Below are positions 1-12,000 of a DNA stretch of 64,000 bases, piece after piece. Origin of the DNA: Vitrella brassicaformis CCMP3155 (taxonomy: Eukaryota > Protista > Chromerida); contig CDMY01000305.1 of assembly GCA_001179505.1 (NCBI GenBank), positions 248,001 to 312,000 on the forward strand. Reading direction: 5' to 3'. Each line of letters starts with the position of its first letter. Position 1 is the stretch's first letter. The notes below the pieces were generated by a model. It was not told the DNA's origin, searched no databases, and saw only the letters and a list, made by a program, of their open reading frames with translations. The position numbers and the translations under genes are program-made.

Positions 1-16
1 TTCCTGGTGGGTGCAG

Positions 17-340
17 GCGATTCGGATCATGGAGGACCTGTTTGATCGGAGTCTGTTCTTCTTCCTGGCGGGTCTGCTGTCTTACTTCCTCTCGTCCATC
101 CTGGCGGTCTTCTGGCTGTTCGATTCCGCCGGGGCCTTCATCATCTTCGCCGGTCTGGTGGGCTTCCTGCTCGTCATGGGCCGGCAGCTCGTCAAGATCT
201 ACCAGGCCTTCGTGCCTTCGTCATTCCGCCACGGCGGCCTCAAGGGCAACCCCGCACCCAACATCGGCCAAACTATGAACCCACAAGACCCGAGGCTGCG
301 CGGCCAGCAGTTCCAGGCGTCGTTTGTCGAGGCGCTGTGA
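17..340 (+). CDS. Last exon of an unidentified multi-pass membrane protein (gene starts upstream of the window)
   Basis: Acceptor gtgcag ends at 16. The open frame AIRIMEDLFDRSLFFFLAGLL...QASFVEAL* has two hydrophobic helices and stops at 338-340. Confidence 0.6.
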   Translation, partial: AIRIMEDLFDRSLFFFLAGLLSYFLSSILAVFWLFDSAGAFIIFAGLVGFLLVMGRQLVKIYQAFVPSSFRHGGLKGNPAPNIGQTMNPQDPRLRGQQFQASFVEAL

Positions 341-925
341 TTGCAGCGGGTGGGTGGGGCCGTGCCGCTGTTGGTAGAAGACAGAAGAGAACAAGATAAT
401 AGGAGAGTGTGTGTATTGTACAGTGGGGCGCATCGCATGGGTGGCGGGAGAGATGCATGGCTCGTGATACAGACGAGATGAGATATGTGGCTGGAGGGTG
501 GATGGATGGGCAGAGGGATTGTGTGAACCGCGCTCGACGAGGCGCCGGGGATGTGTCTTATCTACATCTGTGAGGGGCGTGTGTGCAATTGATTGCTCAG
601 AGGGAGGGAGAGGGGTCGAGCCAGATCTGACACGAACGAGAAGAGTCACGTATCTGCGCATCCTTTGTGTCGTGTCTGTCATCCTGTTGCTGCGCCCATG
701 TCGGTCTATGGACTGTGTCGGTTGAGAGCACAGTCTTCACACCGGCGTGGGTGCGGTGGCAGGCAGGCAGACAGACAGACTGACCGACCGACCGACCGAC
801 CGTGCATGCCTTGAGTACTACCACACGCAACGCTTAAAGCCTACACAGACACAACTCGGGACCCTCACCCTAAGGCTTCCGTTTACAACTCTCTCTTTTC
901 TCTTCATGTCGCCTTTCTCTTCACG

Positions 926-3134
926 ATGAGTCAACTACGGTGGCTATCCGTCCTTATCTCATGCAGATCTCTTGTTTGTGGGGGCCAGACACCGTTTTCG
1001 AACGGTTCCCATCCCTCCCCACCGATATGGCACCAGCGAGATGCCGTCAGGAGGAGAACGAGGAGCCTCCAATTCATGGACCCGATGAGCGAGGTGGAGT
1101 ACAGACGAAACTGGAAGCCCTGCGCCAAGTGCCTCATCAAGACGCCCGAGGAGATGCCGGGCATGGAGAAACTCTACTGGAACCTGAAGGAGCTCTTCGT
1201 GACGCACTCTGCTCTGATCTCTCCTGTCTATTACGCCTTCCCAAAGGACACTGACGAAGTGGCTGAAGTGGTCAAGGTGAGGAGAGCGGGGATGAGCCGC
1301 CCATCCACGGCAGGGACGGTCCCTTTGCTTTGTGCGTTTCCTGCTGCTTTCAGAAAGTCCACCAGGCGCGTGGGGTGGTTCGTGTGCGGTCTGGTGGCCT
1401 CTCCTACGGGCCCTACTCAGCCTGCAGGAGAGGGGACATCCACTACCTCTTTCCCTTCACCCCGTGTGTCGTTATGGACCTCACACGCATCAACCACACA
1501 CAATTCAGGCCGCCAGACCGAGGCCTTCATGAGATTACCATTGGCGGCGGGGCGCTGATGGAGCAGCTACTGCAGCCATTCATCTCCCGCAAGATCGCCA
1601 TCCCATTCGGCGGAAGTGGAAAGGTGGGCGTTGCCGCCTATATCATGGGCGGTGGCCTGGGGTTCATGAGCAGGGAGCTGGGGCTGCTGAGCGACCTGGT
1701 GTTCAGGATGACTGTGGTGTTGGCCGACGGTAGTGTGATGGAGGGGGTCAGCAAGGAGGAAGAGTCCGATCTCTTCTGGGCATTACGTGGGGGAGGCGGG
1801 GGCAACCTCGCCGTGGTCACGGAGATCACTCTCCACCTGCCTGCAAACTTTGCCGTGTGAGCGAGCCGAGCGAGAGACGCATAGATGCGCGACGATCTGT
1901 TGTTTTGGTCAGGTCGGCTTGTGAGGCGGGCTCACGTGTGTATGAGATGAAGTATGCCGAGCAGGCCTACCAATTCTGGTTCGACAAGGCCATCGACACG
2001 GCAGACACCGAGAAATGGAACCTACAGTTTGTGCTCACCCCCGAAGAAGGTACGCAGACGCACACACCCACGTCATGCTGTCGTCGTCTCCTGCATGTCA
2101 CGTGTCGCACTTCATCACACTCAGCTCGCATTAACTACGTGCTCGATCGAGACGCAGACATCGCCTTCAACGACACGGAAATCCCCCTCAAGAGCCAGAA
2201 ACACACTCGGAACCTCTCCGAGTTCTACACCAACGTCTTGTGGCCTGAGGAGCAGAGCCCCCGCAACGAGAGCGTCTTCTCTTATTTCCTGAAGTATCCG
2301 CTGCAATGGTCGGCCTTGCAGGGGCTGAGGATGGGCTTTGCCTTCGCGAGAGAGAGGGGGGCACAGGTGATGAATCTGAAGCAGACCAAGCTGATCTGTG
2401 AGCCGCTGGGAGGTGAGAAATGGATAGATGGGTGATCTATTGGGAAATTGTTGCATCTCTGCTGTCTCGTGTGTGTGCTGTGTCACGGTCCAGGGAAGAT
2501 CGATCGGTATTCTCAGGGGGAATCGGCATTCGCATGGCGCCAAGCACAGGCATTCTGCTATCTCAGGTGGGCCTTCGTTCGTCACACATACATGCATACA
2601 CACACATAACTCATTAATACGCGGCGTGTTGTGTCTCATCAATGACCAGGGTGTCGTGGGTTGACGTGTCCCGTCGGCGCGACTTCGAGAACCATTTTAT
2701 CGCATACTTCCAGCACCCGCCATTCAGCCAATATGTGCTTGGCGGCTACATCAACTTCCTGCATCCTTCTCTGGGCAAGTACGAGGACCGATATTATGGC
2801 CATAACAAAGAGAAACTGAGAGTGAGTCAACATTTCAACACGGGAGAAGGGGATTGTGCGTATTGTGTGTGTCGTGTGTGGCTGGCGGGGACAGGAGGTT
2901 AAGGAGACGTATGACCCCGATTCGTTCTTCAACTTCCCTCTGGCCATCAGGAAGGCCGACGTGCCTCACTCCCGCCACCATAGACATGTCCACCGTCACC
3001 CTAATATCATGGACAACGGCGCGACCTACCGGCACATGACCACAGCAGGCGCCGTTTTCACCCTCGTGTCGGTCATGATTCTCTTCGGCAGCCTGGCCCT
3101 CTGTCTATACTGCGTCAAAAAAGAGGCCGAGTAA
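926..3134 (+). CDS. BBE-like FAD-binding oxidoreductase (FAD_binding_4 + BBE domain) with C-terminal transmembrane helix; multi-exon
   Basis: Motifs FPKDTDEVAEVVK, VRSGGLSY, VGVAAYIMGGGLG, DLFWALRGGGGGNLAVVT, GGYINF and YYGHNKEKL..VKETYDPDSFF, then hydrophobic AGAVFTLVSVMILFGSLALCLYC. Phase-0 intron 1277-1353. Start codon is provisional. Confidence 0.85.
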
Positions 3135-3614
3135 GCCGCAGTTGGGGAGCTTTCTTTTCTTTCATGTGTCTACATCATGATGTGTGTGTGTGTGTGTGTA
3201 AAGTCCCTCTTTCTCGGTCGCACAGAGCACCCAGCAAGCCGGCCAGCGTTTCATGCAGATGGTGGCCACACAGAACCGTGTCTCGCCCACGAGGTGGGGC
3301 AGGCCAGCTGAGGGCGGGAGGAAGGCGGGCAAGTCGTCGACCGATGGCCTAGTGTCGTACCAGCCGCTAGTGGGAGAGGGAGAGGTGCGAAGGGAGGGCG
3401 AGGGAGGCGTTGAGTTGGGGAAGGTGAGGAAAGGAGGCATGGGAGAGAGATGAGATGGGAGATGAGAGAGAGACGTGTGTCTGGATTACATGCTATTGGT
3501 GTGTCATCTTTGCCAATGGTCAAGCGTGTGTGTGACGGACATACCAATATCTCTTCACCATGTCTCGACGCACGCAACAGTCCATTCCCTACCGACATGA
3601 CATCATCTCATCAT

Positions 3615-5494
3615 TCAGTCCCCTCGATAGCTTCTTTTCTCTCTCCTCCTCCTCCTCCTCCTGTCTCCCCTCCAAGTGCACTCGGCCAGCGACCGACACA
3701 GGCCTCCCTGCCCTTCAGCAGGAGGGCTGTCGGGCGCCTGCCGGTAATACTGTACGCGTGTGTTCCTGCTGTTGCTGTCTGCAGATGCAACTCGGTGTTG
3801 GGATGGCGGCAAGGACGACCGCCATGTGTGTGGGGGATGGTGAGACACAATCGGGACATTGCGGGGAGACACTGTGGTGGTGTACTGGCGGAGAGGGGCA
3901 CTGCCAGGGGCAGGCATAGGCAGCGCCAAGGGAGCCTGCATGCAACACATTCAGTGCGATCAAGCGGATGCCTTGTCAGCGTGGCTACGTCGCATCCATC
4001 ATCCTTACTTCAATGTGTCGGGGAGAAGCAGAGCAGCTCCATGGCATGGGTGCTGGGGGCGGTGGGGCCTGACGAGCACCGGCAAGACGAACATGCGGGA
4101 CGGCGTGGTGTGCCGGACGACCAGGCGATGTGGGCGGCGACGAAAGAGCAAGGATGCTCGCCTAAACACAGACAGGGTCTCCACCGTTGGCTGGCGTCGG
4201 TTTCTCTCACCTTAAGGCTTGCAAGTCTGTCTTTGCTCTCCTTCAGGTATGCAGCCAGCCTCTCGTCCACCTCACTCATCAAGGGTGACAGCAGAGAGGC
4301 GCGCGCCCAGCTTGCCTGCAGGCAGGAGCGGCATGGAGTGACGTCAATGGATTATGTCTCAGTGTGATGCACACCATTCGATTGACTATCTGCGCATGGA
4401 TGGCATCGATTCGCTTCCACAGCACATCCAACCGGCTCTGCAGGTCTGCGTCTCTCATCTCGGGGGTCATGTCCTCCTCTCCCTCCAGCCTGATGCCCAC
4501 ACGCCCTCCCGTCGGCGTGAACGGCTCTGGCATACACAACAACAAGATGGCCCCCTTTTATGGATATCTTCCGTCGTACCTTCTTTCAGGCTCCCTCGAG
4601 ATGCCAGCCTCTCCATTCTGCTGATCCTCTCCTGAATGAGCTCCTCTTCCCGTCTCCTCTTTTCTGCCTCGGCATGCCGCTTCTCGGCTTCCACATGCCT
4701 CTGAACACTCACCAGCTGCTGAGGCACCAACGAATGAGATATCCACTCGGCGTAGTCCAGCCCTGAAAGAAGAGAGAGCAAGCACAAGGGTGGGTGGGTG
4801 GATGAGTCCCTCAGATCTCTGCAGATCGGGGGTAGGCTTTGCTCACTCACCTTTGTCACTGCGGTGGTCCTCTGCGCTCAGCCATAGTCTGGTTATCTCG
4901 GCTTCTGTCATGGATGGCAGCAGCTTGCGAGTCGCCTTCACAAACTCAGCTTCCCGCACGCGGCCATCGTGATCCACATCCGCCGCACGATACAACGCCA
5001 TCTGCAAGCCATGCACCCAACGGACAGAGTGCAGCATCCATGAGCAATGCATCCTTGTGAGCTCACGAGCTTCTTCGGACTCTCTCTGGACAGCCGCTCC
5101 TGCAGTGACGACAGCTTCCGACGAGTTTCAGCCGACAGACGGGGATCCAACTGAAATGCCCCACAGCAGCAGGGGCCGTGCATACACCCAAACAGAGCAT
5201 CGTGAGGCGCTTCTTCTTCCCCTACCGACACATTCGATAGGGCCCTGCTGACCTCTCCGTCCGCTCTCCTCCTCCCTCTGACATGCTCGATGCCCTCCGG
5301 CTGTCTCTTCTTGCCGCCCGAGGCTCGACCGACGGGCGGCGCGGCTTGGGCGTAGGCTGTGTAGCTGTGACTCGGGCTCCTGACGCTCGTGGCACTGCTC
5401 CATGTTTCGCTTGGGGCCGTGCAGCACCACCTGGAGACTTCGGGCCTCTGGATGACGCCGGCCTTTTTGAGGACGCCCTCGCCTGCCGCTCCAT
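3615..5494 (-). CDS. EF-hand-containing protein with coiled-coil and Pro-rich tail; multi-exon; 3' end uncertain
   Basis: ATG at 5494 (MERQARASS...). Canonical 12-residue EF loop DVDHDGRVREAE at about 4945-4980. Coiled-coil exons RHVEAEKRHAEAEKRRREEE and MSEVDERLAAYLKESKDRL. Confidence 0.55.
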
Positions 5495-5664
5495 CTTTTT
5501 CGGAGGCGAGATCGCAACGAAAATTGTCCCCTCTGCCCCCGGTAAACCCGCGGTTCGATTTAAGGACAAAAAGGCACAAGAAAAGCGAGCAGGATTCTCA
5601 ATCAAAAGACAGGCACGAATGCTTTGAAACTCCCCTCAGCTTAACACACCGAGAAATCGACGCC

Positions 5665-8458
5665 ATGAGCCGCCGGACAGTTCCGGAGAAGGCTGTGGGC
5701 GGCGGAAAGGGGTCTCCGGAGATGGACAAGTACTCCACCGAGGCCATCCTGGGCAGCCATTCCTTCGACAAGCTCGACAGTATCCTCCGAGTTGAGGGGC
5801 TCTCGAATGGCAGCCACGCGGGGGAACGCATTGTGGACGCCTCGAGAATCTCAAGGGAGCATCCCAAGCTGGCACGGCTGCTCAGCCAGACCTGGGGAGT
5901 GGCGCTCGAAGACCTTGCCAGTTTCTCATATCCTTACAAGTGAGCGTGTGGGAATTGAAGGACGGCCCCATGTTACGGTGCGCGTATGCGTGTGCGCGTG
6001 TCTGTGTCTTCATAGGTATGATCCGAATGAAGACAGTGTTCTCGGCTACCTGCGGGGAGTTTCGAAAATTCCAGACGCGACACACATCGGCGTGACCCGG
6101 CCAGGCCACACAGAGCCGCGGGCCAACCCCAACAAGCGTGCCGATGTCGAGACACTCCTCTCCAAGTAACTCCACACGAGATAGATTCATCTTCTCTCCT
6201 GTCCGGTGCCGTGAGGAACGCTTCTTTTTTCTTCCTATATAATGCAGCATTGGTTCTGATCTCACGGTCAATTTCCCTCCCGTCCGCCCCTCAGTGGCCC
6301 GGCGGGCCATCCCGACAAAGCTGGTCCGCAATGTCGCCACCGCCGACTTCGACACCGACTTCGACGTCAGCCCGTCCACCAAGGCGTCCAGTCCCTCTCG
6401 CCGCTCCGTGCGAGCCAGCCAATCGCGGCCAAACAAATCCAGTGGGGGGCACGATGGCGCCGATCCTGATGAAGACCAGGGCCATGGTGGACCACCAGAA
6501 GAACCACAAGAGGATGAAGAGAATGACACGCTGGGGGAAACAGGGGGCTCGGGACACACGAGGCAGAAGGAGAAGAAAGTGGAGAAGGCGCCTCCACCAC
6601 CGCCGGCGAGCAGCGTGAATTTCAAGGGCTGCTGTCACGACTTCCCCGGAGTGTTAAACGAGTGTGCCCGCGAGGTCGAGGACTCGGAGCTGCCCTTCGT
6701 GCCGTTTTTATCGGAGGATATCGCCAACACCATCCGGACTGAGTGTCGGCTGCTGGGTGAGCTGAGGTGGAAGGGCAGTACCCAGCAGATAGAGGCCAGG
6801 AAGCAGAACGCCATCCACCCCAACCTCTTCAGCCGATTTGTCATCCTCAAGAAGCACCTGATGTGGGCAGGCAGGCAAAGACAGAGGGGGGAGACAGACA
6901 GAGATGCGTCCGTCCGTCCGTTGTGTGGTCTGGTCTGGTGCAGGACCAACTCTTGCGTCAGTCCGGTGTACTTTATTCGGCTGGGCAGTGTGCACCCCGA
7001 GCGGCAAGTCAAGCTTGCGGTGGGCCAACACGTGTGCCTGCGGCTCTACGGGTCATGGAATCGATGGGCACAGAGGCTCTACACCCCCATCTACGCACAT
7101 GGGAGGTACGCATGCATTGCATGGTTGATCAGTATCTAGAGACGCAGGCAGCGTCTGCATGCTTTTCGCGCGTCACTTCTGAATGAATGGTCAGCACGAT
7201 CGAGCTGTTGGTCAAGATTCAGCCTGAGGGCGAGGTCACTCCCCGAATGGAGCTGCTCCAGCCGGGCGACTCCGTCCAACTCAGAGGTACGTGCAATCAG
7301 TCCTCCCTGTGCGCCTCCATAGCATTTGCCGCGACTGTGATTCAGGTCCGCTGGGTGTGGATATCTTGCCTCTCGTCCATAGCGGCACCGACCCTGCGGC
7401 ATCGGCCATCACGCCACGCCCCGACCGGCCACTCAGGGCACGGAGCCCATTCAGACCGTGGAGACAATTTGTCATGGTGGGCATGGCATGCACGAGACAG
7501 CGTGGAACGGCTTGCAGAAAACGGTCTTTTGCCGTCTGTCTTGTGCAGGTGTGTGCGGGAACGGGCATCACGCCAATGGTGCAGCTGCTGCAGTATGTTC
7601 TCATCCACTGGAACCTCCCCAAGCGCGACCGCCCCTCGGTCATCCGCCGTCTGCCACGGGAGGACCACCCCAGCGGCCTCGAGAAGGCCTTCGAGCGCAT
7701 GATCCTGAGCGACCCGATGCCGCGAGCATGCCCTGTCAAGGATGTCTCCCGTGAGGATGGCGAGCTCCCCGTGTTCCACGAGCAGGCGAGCGGCGAGCAG
7801 TATGACGAGTGCATCGAGGACACCCCGATGCAGTCGTGCTCCTGGGATGCGGCCGATTTGGGTTACCACACGTCGATTGTGCTGTTGACGGTGAACGACA
7901 CTGAGGAGGATGTGATACTGCGAAAGGAATTCACCGCGCTGGAGCACCTCTATCGGTAAGGAAAGAGGCCAATCCCGCACCGCTAAGAAAGACACAGAGA
8001 GTCATGCTCATTGTCCTGCTGGTTGGCTGTCCATTCTTGGTTCCTGCCTGCCTATCTATCTATAGGACGCTGTGCGTGAGGCACTACGTGTCGTACGTCA
8101 AGAAGGAGGCCAAAGCGGCGCGGCCGTCGTCAAAGCCCCACACCCCCATGCCCGAGGAGCGAGTGGAGGCGCGTATGCAGCAGATGAACGACTACCAGTA
8201 CCAGCCACTGAGCAGCAAAGTCATGGAGGAGACCGTTCAGCTGCTCACCGCCAGGTCCGGGCAGCCGGGCGTCACCGATCCCAATCTCGACAGGTGACTA
8301 AGAGAGCAGGAAGGATTGCATAAAACGGCTCGCAGAGGCCGTTTTGTTGTCTGCACAGGATGTTTATCTGCGGCCCCAAGAGTTTCCAGAACTACGCTCT
8401 GCAGGTGCTGGGCACTTGTGGGGCCACCGTCAACCCAGAGTGCGTGTGGATGCTCTAG
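5665..8458 (+). CDS. NADH-cytochrome b5 reductase-like (FNR superfamily) flavoprotein with long N-terminal extension; multi-exon
   Basis: RLYTP (RxY[TS]P FAD motif), ELLVKIQPEGEVT, VCAGTGITPM (NAD-binding motif) and terminal VFICGP; stop TAG at 8456-8458. Confidence 0.85.
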
Positions 8459-9004
8459 TCAATGAATGGTTGATGCGAACATTGCTATGCCAGTGTTGCC
8501 AAACACATGGCTGGCCCCCCGGGACAGCATAGCCTTTGTTGTTGTTAGTCTCTCTCTCTGTCCGCGTCTTTTGCTTGTCACTTCACACAAGAAGAGACAG
8601 CTGTACACCCGGGCTGTCTCCTCGTTGCCCCATCTGCCGGCAGTTTGGCGAGCCAAGCGATTGTATGGTGGTGTGGTGGCCACAGTCACTGCGGACTCTA
8701 GCACATCGATCTTTTGCCCATACACAACACACATACGCGACAAGCGAGTGTGACAGAGGGACGGCGGGGCTGTTTTTTTATGCATTCGTTGTGTCGCCCG
8801 CCTTTTTTGGCGGTCATCTTTGCGAGTGACGCGTCGAAGCCGCGGCGACGGAAGGATGGGCACGTTGTATGGGCAGCCCAACCACTGTCTGCGTACTAGT
8901 GTGTGTGTGTGTGACTGTGTGTCAGACCCCTTGATGCCTCCCTCCTTCCATGTCAATAAACCATTCACTTGGGTCACCCAGACACACCATCCCACGCACC
9001 ATTA

Positions 9005-12000
9005 CTACTTGCTGCACACGCCGCCCACGCCACAGGACGTCAGGGCGAGCTCAGCCAGGGCGTCGTCATCTTCAGCACCCACACCATGGCCATTGGCACC
9101 ATCTGCAGCAGCTGGTGTCTGCCTATCATAGGCCAGGTCGTGTGCAGGCAGCCGAGAGCCGTTAGTGGACGTCTCTGCTTGGGTGTGGTTCTTGTAGAGC
9201 GACGCTGCCAGGGCGTCGATGTCATTGGTACGGCCGCTGTCAGTGTCATCCTCACCACCAGCAGCACTGCTCGTCGTCTGAGAAGGCGCGGCTGCCGTGT
9301 CCCTTGCTTGTGGTTGGTGTGTGGCCTTGTTGGTCACTGTGCTGACCGACATCAGGGGCTTCAACGCCTGAAGGAAGGCGAGCAACACAATACAAAACAA
9401 GGCACACACACACAGACAGGGAGAGAGGCAATGGGTTCTGTCTGTCTGTCTGTCTGTGTGACCTGCATGAGGCTGTTGAACAGGTTGGGCAGCTCATACT
9501 CTTGCTGTGACAGCAGCACCTTGATGCGATGACGCTGCATGGAATCAATGGATGGCCGTATGAGCCAGCACACACACACACGGGGCGTGTGGATGCACTG
9601 CACTCATCTGCTGTGCTGGTGGGGCGTTAACAGACTAGCTAGACTGGCGCACCTACCTCCTTTGGGGCGGCGAAGCATGCCGGGCAGTTGTCAGTGATGA
9701 CGGGCAGCTTGTTGGCCGCGGCGAACTCGGCCGTGGCGCTTTCCCTGGCGTACACCAATGGCCGACACACACGCAGCGGCGCCCCGTCGGATTGTGTGGT
9801 GTAGTGGGCCTTCATGGTGTTAAGAGTGCCGTTGTTGAAGGCCGACATGACGAACGACTCGGCCACATCGTCGAGGTGCTGCCCCAGGCACAGCACACTG
9901 TAGCCGTGCTGCTTCATGCACGAGTAGAGCAGGCCGCGCTTCAGCCGCGCGCAGAAGGCACAGATGGACACCCGCTTGGCCGACATGTGGGTGCGCGCCA
10001 ACTCAATGATCGGGAAACTCAGCAAATGGTACGGCACACCTGAGGTCAGTGAGACACACACAGAGAGAACACGTGTGTGTGTGTGTGTGTGTGTGGATGT
10101 CATGTGGTCGCACCGAGTGATTTGAGGTAAGGTATGAGCGATCTTGGGTTGTACTCGGGCGTCTGGGGGTCCACAGTCGCCGCAGCGATCTCAAACCGGA
10201 TGGGCGCACGTCGCTGACACTCCTGCACACACACGCACACACAAAGTCATACACGCATGCACACACGAGGAGAGAGACCTCTCCCCCTCGGCTCACTCAC
10301 TCACCATGAGTATGTGGAGCATGGTGAGGGAGTCCTTGCCGCCCGACAGCCCCACAAGCAGCCGGTCGCCATCGCGAATCATGTCGAAATCCCTTATCGC
10401 AGAACCCACGCGACGCCGAAGAGCCGCTGACACCTTCAGCGCACTTGGTGCCGAGGGGGGGGCTGCCGGCGGCTCGGGTGTTCCTTCCGTGTCGATGGGA
10501 GTATGGTCAATGTCGCCATCCACTGCAGCTGCTGGTGCTGCATGGGGTGGTGTTGCTTGTGGGCGGGGTGGTGTGGCTGTGCCGTTTGTAGTCGTCTGTT
10601 GGTGTTGTTGTGTCCGGCTTCCTGCTCTCACTTGGAAACACGACACGCGCGGCCGTGACCGGTCGGCCGACGAGGGCCTGAAAGCCGATGTGGATGTGGC
10701 GAAGAGCAGGCTCCTAGACGCCTCCCCACCCACAGTGGCGCCCTCCTGGCCCCTCCTGACCGCCTCAGCAGCATCGGCAGGCATCGCGAACCACAGCAGC
10801 GGGGCCGTCTCTTCAGGAAGGGGCGGGCACCTGACCTGGGAGAGGGGGAGGGTGGTCTCGCCCTCGTGCAGCGAGTCCACTACCTCGTCCGCCCTAGTGA
10901 CCAGCTCGTCAAGGGCCGGCGCTGGGTGGTCGCCATCGATCTGTGCGCGCGCCTTGGTGCCGGCATGAGAGAGGTGGAATGTCGAGAGCCACTGCCGCGT
11001 GTGGTGGGGCTTGTGTAGGCGGTGCTCCCACTCGCCGGTCTCGGGGACGAATGTGTAAGCCGTTAGCATTCGCCACCCCTTGTCGGCGACCCACTCCACC
11101 GCCGTCGCCATGGCGTCCACCTGCTGGTCGGTCATGGTGAAGTGCACACCCACTCGCACGAAGCCTGGTCGGAGCACCTCCTGGCCCGTGTGGTGCAGCA
11201 AGGACATGAACTCGGCTGTGAGGGCCTCGGAGAGACCGAGCAGGTACTGGGCATAGGGGCCGGCGCACGCACACCCGCCGCGGGCCTGCACACACACACA
11301 CACACATTTTCAGACAGACAGACAGACAGACAGAGAGACAGGTGCGGGCCGATGTGTGTGTGTGGTGTGTGTGGGGTGGCGGTCACCTGGATGCCGAAGA
11401 GGTCGTTGAGGAGGGCCACGACAAAGTGGTAGTGGAGGTAGAGGCCGCTGCCGCTCGTCCATACGGCTGTGCCACCACAAGGAGGGTACTGCACCATGAA
11501 GGACAGGATCCCCACCCGACCGCCCTCGTCGTATGGACCGTCGCCGAGCATGTGGATCCTGCACCACACACATCCATTCACCGATGTGTGTGTGTGTCTG
11601 TTGGGCCACCCACCGTGGGTGCTTGGACCATCGCTGCTGCAGCCGTTGTGCGAGGATGGCCTCCCTCCTCTGTATGAGCTGTGTGGGAAGGAGTGAGTGT
11701 AGGCGGTACACCAGGCCAGCCCGGATGCAGCCCACCACGTCGGGCGTCCCAGCCTCCTCCCTCTCCTCAGCATTCTGACTCCCACATACATACACACACG
11801 CAGCCTCACATCGATGGGGCGATTGGTGTGTCGGTGTGTGTATTTGTGTGTGTACCTCGATGTAAGTGTGGCCTTCACTGCTGACGAAGAAGACGACTCC
11901 TCCGCCGGGCTCGGCCGGCACCCAATTCTGAAGCAGGCGCTTCTTGGCCAACAACACACCTGGTGTGGCGGGTCCTCCCAGCAATTTGTGTGGCGACAGG

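Noticed and set aside
3450-4367. 305-aa plus-strand ORF
   Set aside because: It is antisense to the EF-hand gene exons, has low-complexity composition and shows no recognisable domain.
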